A stretch of DNA of 64,000 nt, taken from contig LCKO01000005.1 of the NCBI GenBank assembly GCA_001001485.1, positions 3,552 through 67,551 of the forward strand, read 5' to 3'. The notes under the pieces are model-generated. The model ran no database searches, was not told where the DNA came from, and saw only the letters and a list, made by a program, of their open reading frames with translations. Numbering within the stretch: position 1 is the first letter of the stretch; each line of letters begins with the position of its first letter. Shown here piece after piece: positions 29,883 through 39,432 of the stretch. The position numbers were made by a program, and so were the translations under genes. The DNA comes from Candidatus Collierbacteria bacterium GW2011_GWB2_45_17 (GTDB lineage Bacteria > Patescibacteriota > Microgenomatia > UBA1400 > MFAQ01).

Positions 29883-32155
29883 ACACCACGCCTGCCCTGG
29901 TACTTCCATTTTCCAAAATTAGCAAAGAAGACATCTCCTTAGTTGGAGGCAAGGGTGCCAACCTGGGAGAAATGTACTGTCTTGGCCTACCTGTACCCAA
30001 TGGTTTTGTGGTCACCGCTCAAGCATATCAGTCTGTCATCGACCACAACGCTCTTCAGCCGGTAATCCGAGAAATTATTAGACAAACAGACGTCAACCAT
30101 CAAAAAGAGTTACAAAAAGCCTCGATCAAAATTCAACGCCTCATCAACACGGCCGATATCCCTCAAAATCTCATTGACGAAATCTTCGAAAGCTATCAAG
30201 ATCTGAAACCGGGTGACCAGAGACCCTTGGTCGCGGTTCGTTCATCGGCCACCGCCGAAGACCTTCCCGACGCCTCCTTTGCCGGCCAACAAGAGTCATA
30301 TCTCGACATCCAGGGAGAATCAAATCTGATTCAGGCCATCCGACAGGCTTGGGCCTCACTTTGGGGAGCCAGAGCCATCTTTTATCGCGCCACCAAGGGT
30401 TTTGATCACTTTAAAGTTTTGCTGGCGGCTCCCGTTCAGCTTATGATCCAGTCCGAGGTTTCCGGTGTCGTTTTCTCAGTCAATCCGGTCAGTCGAAACA
30501 AAAATCAAGTAGTCGTGGAAACTGTCTGGGGACTAGGTGATTACATCGTTCAAGGAGTCGTCAACCCCGATCATTACATCGTCAACAAAGATAGCTTAAC
30601 CATTCATTCCAGACAATCGGTTCCGCAAACAATCATGGAGGTCAGACAAATTCCCAATGGGGTCAAAAAAATCAATGTGCCTAAAGAAAAAGTTTTTGCC
30701 AGAAAACTTACCGATGAGCAAGTGATCGAAGTGGCTAAGTTGTCGCTCAAAGTTCATCAGCATTATTTTTTCCCTCAAGATAGCGAATTCGCCGTCGAAA
30801 ATAACAAAATATTTCTGGTTCAAACCAGACCCATTACTACTCTTAACTTAGAAAAGAGCCAGCAAAAAATTTCGGAAGGCCAACTAATCAAATTAAAACA
30901 AATACTTCAAGGTCAGCCGGCCTCCTTCGGCATCGGAGTGGGTAAAGTGGTCAAGATAAAAAAGGCCAGCGAAATAAACCGTGTCAAAGAAGGCGACGTC
31001 CTGGTCACCGAGATGACCTCACCGGACTTCGTCCCGGCTATGAAGCGGGCTTCAGCCATCGTCACCGATAAGGGAGGTCAGACCTCTCACGCCGCCATTG
31101 TCTCTCGTGAACTAGGCATTCCGGCCGTGGTGGGAACCAAGATCTCCACCAGGATTCTCAAAGACCATCAGCTGATCTCTGTCAATGGCTCAACCGGCAC
31201 CATTTATAACGGCGTTCCGGAAAAAGTCAAAGTAGTCGAAACCAAAGAATTCAAAGAAGAAGAATTTCCCAAAACCGCTACCAAAGTTTACGTTAATCTC
31301 GGAGAGCCGGATCTGGCCTCCTTGGTGGCTCAAGGAAACGCTGATGGCGTCGGACTTCTTCGGGCTGAATTTATGATGGCTCAGATCGGGGTCCACCCAA
31401 AAAAAATGATTCGAGACGGCAAATCTCAAGTGTTCATTCACAACCTGGCCGAAAACTTAGCTAAGTTTACCGATAGTTTTGGAGATCGGCCAGTCGTTTA
31501 CCGAGCTTCGGATTTTAAAACCAACGAGTATCGCAATCTAATCGGTGGTCAAGATTATGAGCCAATTGAACCCAATCCCATGCTCGGCTTTAGGGGTGCT
31601 TACCGGTATCTGAGTGATGAGTCTGTTTTTAATCTCGAGTTGGAAGCTATTAAAACTGTCCGGAACAAAATGGGTTACAAAAATCTGCACCTCATGGTGC
31701 CATTTTGCCGGACAGTCGAAGAGCTTGTCAAAGTTAAAAGAATTATTTCTGCCAGCGGACTGACCAGATCAAACTCTTTTAAGCTTTGGATGATGGTCGA
31801 GATTCCTTCAAATGTAATTCTACTTGAAGACTTCATTCAAGTTGGCATCGATGGCATTTCCATCGGCAGTAACGATCTCACCATGCTGATTTTGGGAACG
31901 GATCGCGACAACGAAACTGTCGCTTCCGAATTCGACGAAAGAAATCCCGCCGTTACCTGGGCCTTGGAGCGGGTTGTAAAAACTGCCGCCAAACATCACA
32001 TAACCAGCTCTCTCTGCGGTCAGGCCGCTAGCCTATATCCGGATTTAGTAGAACAATTGGTCGGTTGGGGTATTACATCGGTTTCGGTTAGCCCGGACGC
32101 TGTCGACAATACTCGCCGTGTCATCTCCCAAATAGAGAAACGTCTACTAAAATGA
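29879..32155 (+). CDS. ppsA: Phosphoenolpyruvate synthase
   Basis: VGGKGANLGEM, VRSSATAEDL, TSHAAIVSRELG, SIGSNDL. Confidence 0.95.
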   Translation: MNTTPALVLPFSKISKEDISLVGGKGANLGEMYCLGLPVPNGFVVTAQAYQSVIDHNALQPVIREIIRQTDVNHQKELQKASIKIQRLINTADIPQNLIDEIFESYQDLKPGDQRPLVAVRSSATAEDLPDASFAGQQESYLDIQGESNLIQAIRQAWASLWGARAIFYRATKGFDHFKVLLAAPVQLMIQSEVSGVVFSVNPVSRNKNQVVVETVWGLGDYIVQGVVNPDHYIVNKDSLTIHSRQSVPQTIMEVRQIPNGVKKINVPKEKVFARKLTDEQVIEVAKLSLKVHQHYFFPQDSEFAVENNKIFLVQTRPITTLNLEKSQQKISEGQLIKLKQILQGQPASFGIGVGKVVKIKKASEINRVKEGDVLVTEMTSPDFVPAMKRASAIVTDKGGQTSHAAIVSRELGIPAVVGTKISTRILKDHQLISVNGSTGTIYNGVPEKVKVVETKEFKEEEFPKTATKVYVNLGEPDLASLVAQGNADGVGLLRAEFMMAQIGVHPKKMIRDGKSQVFIHNLAENLAKFTDSFGDRPVVYRASDFKTNEYRNLIGGQDYEPIEPNPMLGFRGAYRYLSDESVFNLELEAIKTVRNKMGYKNLHLMVPFCRTVEELVKVKRIISASGLTRSNSFKLWMMVEIPSNVILLEDFIQVGIDGISIGSNDLTMLILGTDRDNETVASEFDERNPAVTWALERVVKTAAKHHITSSLCGQAASLYPDLVEQLVGWGITSVSVSPDAVDNTRRVISQIEKRLLK

Positions 32156-33426
32156 GTAAAATAAAATCAGTCTACGCTCGAGAAATTCTCGACTCGCGCG
32201 GCAATCCCACCATCGAGACCACCGTCTGGTCAGACAACGCCCATGGTGCCGTCGCTTCCATACCTAGCGGCGCCTCAACCGGACGTTTAGAAGCCTACGA
32301 AATGAGAGATAGTGATCCCAACCGGTTTGGTGGTCTAGGTGTTCTAAAAGCTTGTGCCAATGTTAATCAAATCATCAGTAAATACATTGTTGGCCAAGAT
32401 CCTCTAAAACAAAACGATATCGATCAAATCCTCTTAAATACCGATGGTTCAGCCAACAAATCAAAACTAGGGGCCAACGCCATTCTATCGGTTTCCCAAG
32501 CCTGTTTTGAGCTGGGAGCCGCCTGCGCTGAAATACCTACTTTCGAGTACGCAGCTCAAAAATATGGTTTTCCACCTGCTTCACCTACTCATCTACCTTC
32601 CCCAATTTTTAATCTCATTAATGGCGGCAAGCACGGAGCCGGTAATCTTGATTTTCAAGAGTTTCATGTTATTCCGTCCAGCCGAAAGACTTTCTCTGCC
32701 TCACTGGAGATGGGTAGCGAACTATATCATTTACTCAAGAAAGTTCTCATCGAAAAAAAGGCTACTTCCTCTGTTGGAGATGAGGGTGGCTACGCTCCCA
32801 ATTTAGTTTCCAACACCGATGCCATCGAACTTTTGGTCGAAACTATCGAAGCCAGTCCATACAAATTAAACGAAGACCTTTATCTGGGACTGGATATCGC
32901 CGCTTCCACTTTTTTTCAGGGTGGAAAATATAAAATAAGCGATGTCAAAGACCCCATGACCGGTATTCAAATGGGGGATTTTTTAATCGATTTAAACCGA
33001 AAATACAGTCTCTTGTCCATTGAAGACCCCTTTGATCAGGAAGCTTGGACTGACTGGGAAAATCTCTTCGCTAATATAGGCAAACAACTGATGATCGTTG
33101 GTGACGATCTTTTAGTCACTAACAAAGCCAGACTCGAAGAAGCCATCAAACGAAGTGCCTGCAACGCGGTCCTCATCAAACCAAATCAAATTGGCACTAT
33201 TTCGGAGACTGTTGCCGTGATCAAATTAGCTAAAAAAAATAATTTCTCCGTTATCATTTCACACCGCTCAGGCGATACCGATGAAGACTTTTTGGCAGAC
33301 TTTGCCGTCGGAGTTGGAGCTGACTTTGTCAAGTTCGGCGCTCCCGGTAGGGGAGAGCGAGTCGCCAAATACAACCGCCTACTCTTTATTCAAGAATACC
33401 TAGAAAGCCTCCACCCCACCTCATGA
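32152..33426 (+). CDS. eno: Enolase
   Basis: DSRGNPT, PSGASTG, VGDEGG, SHRSG. Confidence 0.96.
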   Translation: MSKIKSVYAREILDSRGNPTIETTVWSDNAHGAVASIPSGASTGRLEAYEMRDSDPNRFGGLGVLKACANVNQIISKYIVGQDPLKQNDIDQILLNTDGSANKSKLGANAILSVSQACFELGAACAEIPTFEYAAQKYGFPPASPTHLPSPIFNLINGGKHGAGNLDFQEFHVIPSSRKTFSASLEMGSELYHLLKKVLIEKKATSSVGDEGGYAPNLVSNTDAIELLVETIEASPYKLNEDLYLGLDIAASTFFQGGKYKISDVKDPMTGIQMGDFLIDLNRKYSLLSIEDPFDQEAWTDWENLFANIGKQLMIVGDDLLVTNKARLEEAIKRSACNAVLIKPNQIGTISETVAVIKLAKKNNFSVIISHRSGDTDEDFLADFAVGVGADFVKFGAPGRGERVAKYNRLLFIQEYLESLHPTS

Positions 33427-34925
33427 AAAAGGTTATCCTCTGTATTCTCGATGGCTGGGGAATCGCGCCTGACTCACCAGGCAACGCTATCACCAGAGCC
33501 AAGCCACAGACTTTCAATTATTTACTCCAAAATTTTCCCCAAACCCAACTATTAGCCGCCGGTCCGGCTGTTGGCCTACCGGAAGGTCAAGATGGCAATA
33601 GTGAAACCGGTCACCTAAACATCGGCGCCGGCAGAATCGTCTACCAAGATCTCTCGCTTATAAACATGGCCATCGCCGACGGCAGTTTTTTTACCAATCG
33701 AGCTCTCCTTGATACCGTTAAACATCTCTCTTCTTTTGATTCTCGCCTTCATCTTTTAGGCCTCATCGGCTCATCCGGAGTTCATGCTTTCAATGAACAT
33801 CTCTACGCCCTCATGTTATCTGCCAAAAACCATAATCTTCAACACGTCTACTTGCATCTCATCACCGACGGTCGCGATAGTGATCCTCATAATGCCCTGG
33901 AACAAATCAAGGCTGTCCAAAAAAAGGTTGTCGAGCTGGGAACTGGTCAAATTGCTTCACTCATGGGTCGTTACTTTGCTATGGATCGTGACAATCATAT
34001 TGAAAGAACCCAAAAGGCGTTTGATTGTTTAATCGGATCCGATAATGTTCCCCAGAAAGAGGCTGGCTCATATTTAGAAAAACTATATTCTCAAGGAGTT
34101 ACTGATGAGTTTATTTCTCCCGCCTCTATTGGCGACGACTCAGAGACGACTCGAATCAAAGCTGGTGATGCCGTCGTATTTTTCAACTTCAGAACTGACC
34201 GTCCAAAACAGTTGACCGAAATGTTTCTTAACTCGGGTCTTCCCAATCTACGATTCGTCACCATGACCAACTATCGAGAATCTTTTTCCAATCCGGTTAT
34301 GTTTCCCCTAACTACTATCACTAACACTCTTGGAGAAATCGTTTCCAACTCAAAACAGCTTCAACTTAGAGCGGCCGAAACCGAAAAAATTGCCATGGTT
34401 ACTTACTACTTCAATGGCCAAAGCGAGGATGCCTTTCTCGGAGAGGCGCGTTTATTTATCAATTCACCCAATATTTCCACCAGCGATCTTCAGCCACGTA
34501 TGTCTACCGACAGGTTAATCGGCGAGTTTACCAAACACTTTAAAGAAACCGATTTTTCTCTTGGTATTCTCAATATTGCTTGTCCGGACATGGTGGCGCA
34601 TACCGGTAAAATCGACAAGACCATCGAAGCAGTTCAAGCGGCCGACGAAGCTCTGGGGAATCTCATAAATCTCGCCAAAGAAACTGATTCCTATCTTCTC
34701 ATCACCGCTGATCACGGTAATGCGGAAGAACTTCTAAATTCAGCCGGCGAAGTGGACACCAAACACTCGCTTCATCCGGTACCGTTCATAATTTACCATC
34801 TCAATGATTATCATTTTCAGCTACAATCCGGCAAACTTGGCGATGTCGCCCCCACCATTCTCAACCTCCTGGATCTCCCCCAACCCGCCGAAATGAACGG
34901 CAAAAACCTAATCCTCCGCTCATAG
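33423..34925 (+). CDS. gpmI: 2,3-BPG-independent phosphoglycerate mutase
   Basis: ILDGWG, GNSETGH, DGRD, DMVAHTG, TADHGNAE. Confidence 0.95.
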   Translation: MKKVILCILDGWGIAPDSPGNAITRAKPQTFNYLLQNFPQTQLLAAGPAVGLPEGQDGNSETGHLNIGAGRIVYQDLSLINMAIADGSFFTNRALLDTVKHLSSFDSRLHLLGLIGSSGVHAFNEHLYALMLSAKNHNLQHVYLHLITDGRDSDPHNALEQIKAVQKKVVELGTGQIASLMGRYFAMDRDNHIERTQKAFDCLIGSDNVPQKEAGSYLEKLYSQGVTDEFISPASIGDDSETTRIKAGDAVVFFNFRTDRPKQLTEMFLNSGLPNLRFVTMTNYRESFSNPVMFPLTTITNTLGEIVSNSKQLQLRAAETEKIAMVTYYFNGQSEDAFLGEARLFINSPNISTSDLQPRMSTDRLIGEFTKHFKETDFSLGILNIACPDMVAHTGKIDKTIEAVQAADEALGNLINLAKETDSYLLITADHGNAEELLNSAGEVDTKHSLHPVPFIIYHLNDYHFQLQSGKLGDVAPTILNLLDLPQPAEMNGKNLILRS

Positions 34926-34965
34926 CGTCATTGCGAGGTCGCCTAGGCGACCGCAGTAATATCTC
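34926..34965. repeat. CGTCATTGCGAG...GCAATCT palindromic repeat family (REP/RPE-like)
   Basis: Copies at 34926, 35751 (partial), 36482, 48874, 49036; degenerate copy at 16518. Confidence 0.7.
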
Positions 34966-34996
34966 TTCCTGAAAGGTGTCTTCCTTGTAGGTAGTC

Positions 34997-35722
34997 CTAC
35001 GAGGAGACTCCTTGCAGGACATCCACCAACGATAATATCAATGTTGCCTCTCCTTTAAGCTTTCTTGTTCTTACAATCTCTAAAATTTCTAAAATACTTC
35101 CCCGAAAAATCTTTTCCGATATTTTGGTCATATCCAAAGCCAAACAAACTCTTGTCTCACCACCAAACACCACTACCATCTCTGCCAAGATCTTTTCTAA
35201 TCTCACGGTGGACTCGTAAAATACCGCCGAGAACTTCATTATTTCTGCCATCTGCTTCACATATTTGAGCATTTCACTTCTTTTTCCTGGTTTTTTGGGT
35301 AAAAATCCCAAAAACATATATTTATCGGTTGGCAGTCCCGATACGGCCAGCGCCGCACTCTCGGCCGTGGGCCCAGGCACAACCGTAACATCCCATCCTA
35401 AGGCAAGACCTTCGCTTACTAGTTTGTATCCTGGATCTGAAATTAGAGGCATTCCGGCATCGCTTACCAGCACTGCCTCTTCCAACAAGTTCATCTCAGC
35501 TAGCAAGGAGGGGAGTACTCGATGTTCATTAAAGTCATTAACAAACTTGAGTTTGGCCTTCTTTTCTTGAACTTTACCCAGACTTGTCAACTTACTCCAT
35601 AAATTACCAAACATGCGGGTATCCTCGCAAACTATGAATTTAGCCTCTGACAACACCCTCAAGACTCTCTCCGAGATATCTTCTACATTCCCAATCGGCA
35701 ACCCCACTATAGTTAGTTTCAT
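34997..35722 (-). CDS. rsmI: 16S rRNA C1402 2'-O-methyltransferase
   Basis: PIGN.EDIS.R, CEDTR, VSDAGMPLISDPG. Confidence 0.92.
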   Translation of the reverse strand: MKLTIVGLPIGNVEDISERVLRVLSEAKFIVCEDTRMFGNLWSKLTSLGKVQEKKAKLKFVNDFNEHRVLPSLLAEMNLLEEAVLVSDAGMPLISDPGYKLVSEGLALGWDVTVVPGPTAESAALAVSGLPTDKYMFLGFLPKKPGKRSEMLKYVKQMAEIMKFSAVFYESTVRLEKILAEMVVVFGGETRVCLALDMTKISEKIFRGSILEILEIVRTRKLKGEATLILSLVDVLQGVSS

Positions 35723-35811
35723 TAGCCTATTTTACTTCAAATACAGATCTCGTCATTGCGAGGTGCTCAGTGGCTCTCCTGGATACCCCTTGCGGGTAAA
35801 TCTCACTCCAC

Positions 35812-36432
35812 CTATATATACTTCCTAATCACACCGACACATTTACCTTGCACCTTGACATTGATCGCGAAAATAGGGGACATGGACGAGTTCGCCGGTT
35901 CCAGACGAACTCGGGTTCTTTCTCTGAAAAATCTCTTTAGAGTAGCCAGACCGTTTTCCAAAAGTGCTACCACAATATCTCCATCCTTCACAGCACCAAT
36001 CTCGCACTCCTCGATCAGGACATAGTCACGGTCAAAAATCCCCTCTTCAATCATCGAATCACCTTTAACCTGGAGAACAAAGGCTCGTTTTTTGCCCGAT
36101 ACCATCGAGGCGGACACTTTCATAGTCGCGTTTGGATCGGTATAAGGCTCGATTGGCCGGCCAGCGGCGATAAAACCCAAAATCGGTAACTCTAAACCGG
36201 CATTTTCCACACTCGGTCTATCTATCACTTCGATTCCCCGAATAACCCCATCAAACTTGCGAATGACTCCCTTTTTTTCCAAAGCCTGAAGATGCTCATG
36301 CACAGTGGCCAGAGAAGAAACTCCGATTGCCTGAGCAATTTCCGAAAGAGTAGGGGAGTAGCCACTCTTTTGAATGAACTGAGAAATAAACTCCACGATC
36401 TGTCTTTGTCTTTTGTATAGTGTTACGGCCAT
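35812..36432 (-). CDS. lexA: LexA repressor
   Basis: wHTH GYSPTLSEIA; AAG cleavage site; GDSM Ser; TLKR Lys; TTGACA-17-AATAAT promoter just upstream. Confidence 0.95.
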   Translation of the reverse strand: MAVTLYKRQRQIVEFISQFIQKSGYSPTLSEIAQAIGVSSLATVHEHLQALEKKGVIRKFDGVIRGIEVIDRPSVENAGLELPILGFIAAGRPIEPYTDPNATMKVSASMVSGKKRAFVLQVKGDSMIEEGIFDRDYVLIEECEIGAVKDGDIVVALLENGLATLKRFFRERTRVRLEPANSSMSPIFAINVKVQGKCVGVIRKYI

Positions 36433-36445
36433 ATAATCATTATTA

Positions 36446-36461
36446 CCAAACATTACCCAAA
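36446..36461 (-). promoter_or_regulatory. Putative direct-repeat LexA box in the lexA promoter spacer
   Basis: TTTGG-GTAATG-TTTGG between -35 and -10; similar site at uvrA. Confidence 0.6.
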
Positions 36462-36481
36462 TGTCAAGTAGCACAAAATGA

Positions 36482-36523
36482 CGTCATTGCGAGAAGGTAC
36501 TCCGACGTGGCAATCTCACTCCA
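36482..36523. repeat. CGTCATTGCGAG family palindrome
   Basis: CGTCATTGCGAG...CGTGGCAATCTCACTCCA, closely matching 48874-48919. Confidence 0.7.
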
Positions 36524-36544
36524 TCCAAAGTAAAATACCTGTAA

Positions 36545-38593
36545 ATGAAATTTAAACTAGAGTCTTCCTTCCAGCCAACTGGGGATCAACCCAGCGCTAT
36601 TGAGAAACTATCAACTGCGATTGATCAGCAAAATCCTCATCAAACCCTAGTGGGAGTCACCGGATCTGGAAAAACCTACACCATTGCGAATATCATCCAA
36701 AAAACTCAGCTACCCACTCTGGTTATGTGTCACAACAAAACACTAGCTTCTCAGCTCTATCAAGAATTCCGTGATTTTTTCCCCCACAATGCTGTTTCTT
36801 ACTTTGTTTCTTACTACGACTACTACCAGCCGGAAGCCTACATTCCTCAAACCGATACCTATATCGAAAAAGAAGCCGATATCAATCCGGAAATAGATAA
36901 ATTTCGTCTTTCCACCACTGCCAATTTACTTACCCGTCCCGATACTATCGTCGTCGCCTCTGTTTCCTGTATCTACAACATTGGTTCACCAGTTGACCAG
37001 GAGAAAAACCTTTTACCATTAGCCAAGGGTCAAATAATCTCTCGCGATACCGTTCTGATGCGCTTATCTGATCTTCAGTACACTCGCACAAACTCTGAAC
37101 TAACTCGGGGAATGTTTCGTGCCGTCGGGAATACCGTCCAGCTCTATCCATCCTACAAAGACCTGGTTATCTCCATGACCTTCGATGGCACGACATTGAG
37201 CAATATTGAAATTCTCGATCCGTACAACTTCACCAAAATTGAAGACGAAGGTCCGGATAGTACTGGCTTTATCACTATTCACCCAGCCAAACTGTTTTTA
37301 ACAAATCCCAAAACTCAAGGAGAAGCCATTGTCAATATTCGCCGTGATCTGGAGCTTCAAATAAAAAATTTCAAAGACGCTGGCAAAATCATTGAAGCTC
37401 ATCGTCTAGAACAAAAAGTCAATTACGATCTATCCATGCTGGAAGAAGTCGGCTATGTCAGTGGCATCGAAAACTACTCACGCTACTTTGACGGTCGCCA
37501 ACCGGGATCGGCACCTTACTCTCTTCTTGAATACTTCCACCACAACGCCAAAAAATTTAACAAGCCAGGATTCCTAACAGTTATAGACGAATCTCACATC
37601 AGTCTTCCACAAGTCAGAGGTATGTATAATGGTGACCAAGCCAGAAAAGATAATCTAATTAATTTTGGCTTTCGTCTTCCCAGTGCCAAAGATAATCGAC
37701 CTCTAACCTATACCGAGTGGCAATCTCGCACTCCCATCAAGCTTTATTGCTCCGCCACACCTAGCGAACATGAGTTATCTCTTTCATACGGGAGTAAAAT
37801 TCCCACCGTGGCCGAACAAATGATTCGTCCGACTGGTCTTCTCGATCCCGCTGTCACCGTTTTCCCAGCCATTGGTCAGATCGATCACCTCACTCAGGAA
37901 GTCATCAAGAGGACAGCAAAAGGGGAACGTACTCTCATTTTGACTATGACCAAAAGAATGGCCGAAGATCTCTCAGACCACCTCAAAGAAAAATTTCATT
38001 TAAAAGTCGAGTATCTTCACTCAGATATTCATACCCTTGACAGAGCCGACATCCTCGACAAACTTCGTCTGGGTGACTTTGACTGTTTAGTGGGAATCAA
38101 TCTGCTTCGTGAAGGTCTCGATCTACCCGAAGTTTCCCTGGTTGCTATACTCGACGCCGACAAAGAAGGCTTTCTTCGCACACCTACCGCACTCATTCAA
38201 ACCATGGGTCGTGCCGCCCGCCATGTAAATGGAGAAGTCTATCTCTATGCCGACAAGACCTCAAAATCCATGAACATCGCCATCGACGAAACCCTCCGCC
38301 GCCGCAAAATCCAAATGGACTATAACGTAGCCCACGGTATCACCCCCACTGGAATTAATAAACCCATCCGTGAGAGACTCATGAAACGAGATATGAGTGC
38401 CCCAACTCCACGAATTAAAGAACTGGCCGAACACGGCTGGTCAGAGATAGACGATATCAATCCCGAGGCTCTCACTCCTCAAAAGAAAAAACTCTTAGTC
38501 ATCAAACTCAAAAAAATGATGAACCAAGCCGCCAACTCCTGGAACTTTGAGCTCGCCGTCCGCTACCGCGACACCATCAAAAAACTCCAATAG
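36545..38593 (+). CDS. uvrB: Excinuclease ABC subunit B
   Basis: GVTGSGKT, YYDYYQPEAY, DESH, INLLREGLD. Confidence 0.97.
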   Translation: MKFKLESSFQPTGDQPSAIEKLSTAIDQQNPHQTLVGVTGSGKTYTIANIIQKTQLPTLVMCHNKTLASQLYQEFRDFFPHNAVSYFVSYYDYYQPEAYIPQTDTYIEKEADINPEIDKFRLSTTANLLTRPDTIVVASVSCIYNIGSPVDQEKNLLPLAKGQIISRDTVLMRLSDLQYTRTNSELTRGMFRAVGNTVQLYPSYKDLVISMTFDGTTLSNIEILDPYNFTKIEDEGPDSTGFITIHPAKLFLTNPKTQGEAIVNIRRDLELQIKNFKDAGKIIEAHRLEQKVNYDLSMLEEVGYVSGIENYSRYFDGRQPGSAPYSLLEYFHHNAKKFNKPGFLTVIDESHISLPQVRGMYNGDQARKDNLINFGFRLPSAKDNRPLTYTEWQSRTPIKLYCSATPSEHELSLSYGSKIPTVAEQMIRPTGLLDPAVTVFPAIGQIDHLTQEVIKRTAKGERTLILTMTKRMAEDLSDHLKEKFHLKVEYLHSDIHTLDRADILDKLRLGDFDCLVGINLLREGLDLPEVSLVAILDADKEGFLRTPTALIQTMGRAARHVNGEVYLYADKTSKSMNIAIDETLRRRKIQMDYNVAHGITPTGINKPIRERLMKRDMSAPTPRIKELAEHGWSEIDDINPEALTPQKKKLLVIKLKKMMNQAANSWNFELAVRYRDTIKKLQ

Positions 38594-38636
38594 TCTTCAG
38601 GGTGCAAACAACCTCTGTTTAATATAATATATAAAC

Positions 38637-39014
38637 GTGGAACATGCCCAACTTGAATCAGACCATTTTGTAGAGCATTATGACTTTGACGATGAAATGC
38701 GCGAGCACTATACTAAGCAAGCCGAGATTTTGGACGATGAAATTAGAAAAGAAAGAAGTGAATCTAAAAAAGCAAGACTGGTAAAAACCGCCGACACATA
38801 TTATGAAGCTATTTCTGAAGTAGAAGGTCTCGACAAAGGCGAAGCCGTGGACTGGATACAGAATCATGCTGGAGGCAAAAAAAGTTCTGAGATGGCAGAC
38901 GCTGTCGAGGTGGGAGGGTTTGTCTGGTCCAGACAAACGGCTTGTGATCGGTTATCGTCCTGGGAAGATATTCTTGGTACAGTATCTTACCTAATTAGCA
39001 AAAAAAGAGGATAG
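38637..39014 (+). CDS. Hypothetical protein
   Basis: Acidic 125 aa ORF; TATAAT 8 nt upstream. Confidence 0.6.
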   Translation: MEHAQLESDHFVEHYDFDDEMREHYTKQAEILDDEIRKERSESKKARLVKTADTYYEAISEVEGLDKGEAVDWIQNHAGGKKSSEMADAVEVGGFVWSRQTACDRLSSWEDILGTVSYLISKKRG

Positions 39015-39034
39015 ATATTCACCTAGCGATATAA

Positions 39035-39370
<336 letters not shown>

Positions 39371-39392
39371 GTAGTGTAAATCCATTTTCATA

Positions 39393-39408
39393 TTCGGGTA
39401 ATCTGTGG
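39393..39408 (+). promoter_or_regulatory. Putative LexA box upstream of uvrA
   Basis: TTCGG-GTAATC-TGTGG, 10 nt before TAGAAT. Confidence 0.55.
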
Positions 39409-39432
39409 AAAAACAGTGTAGAATAGACTGTT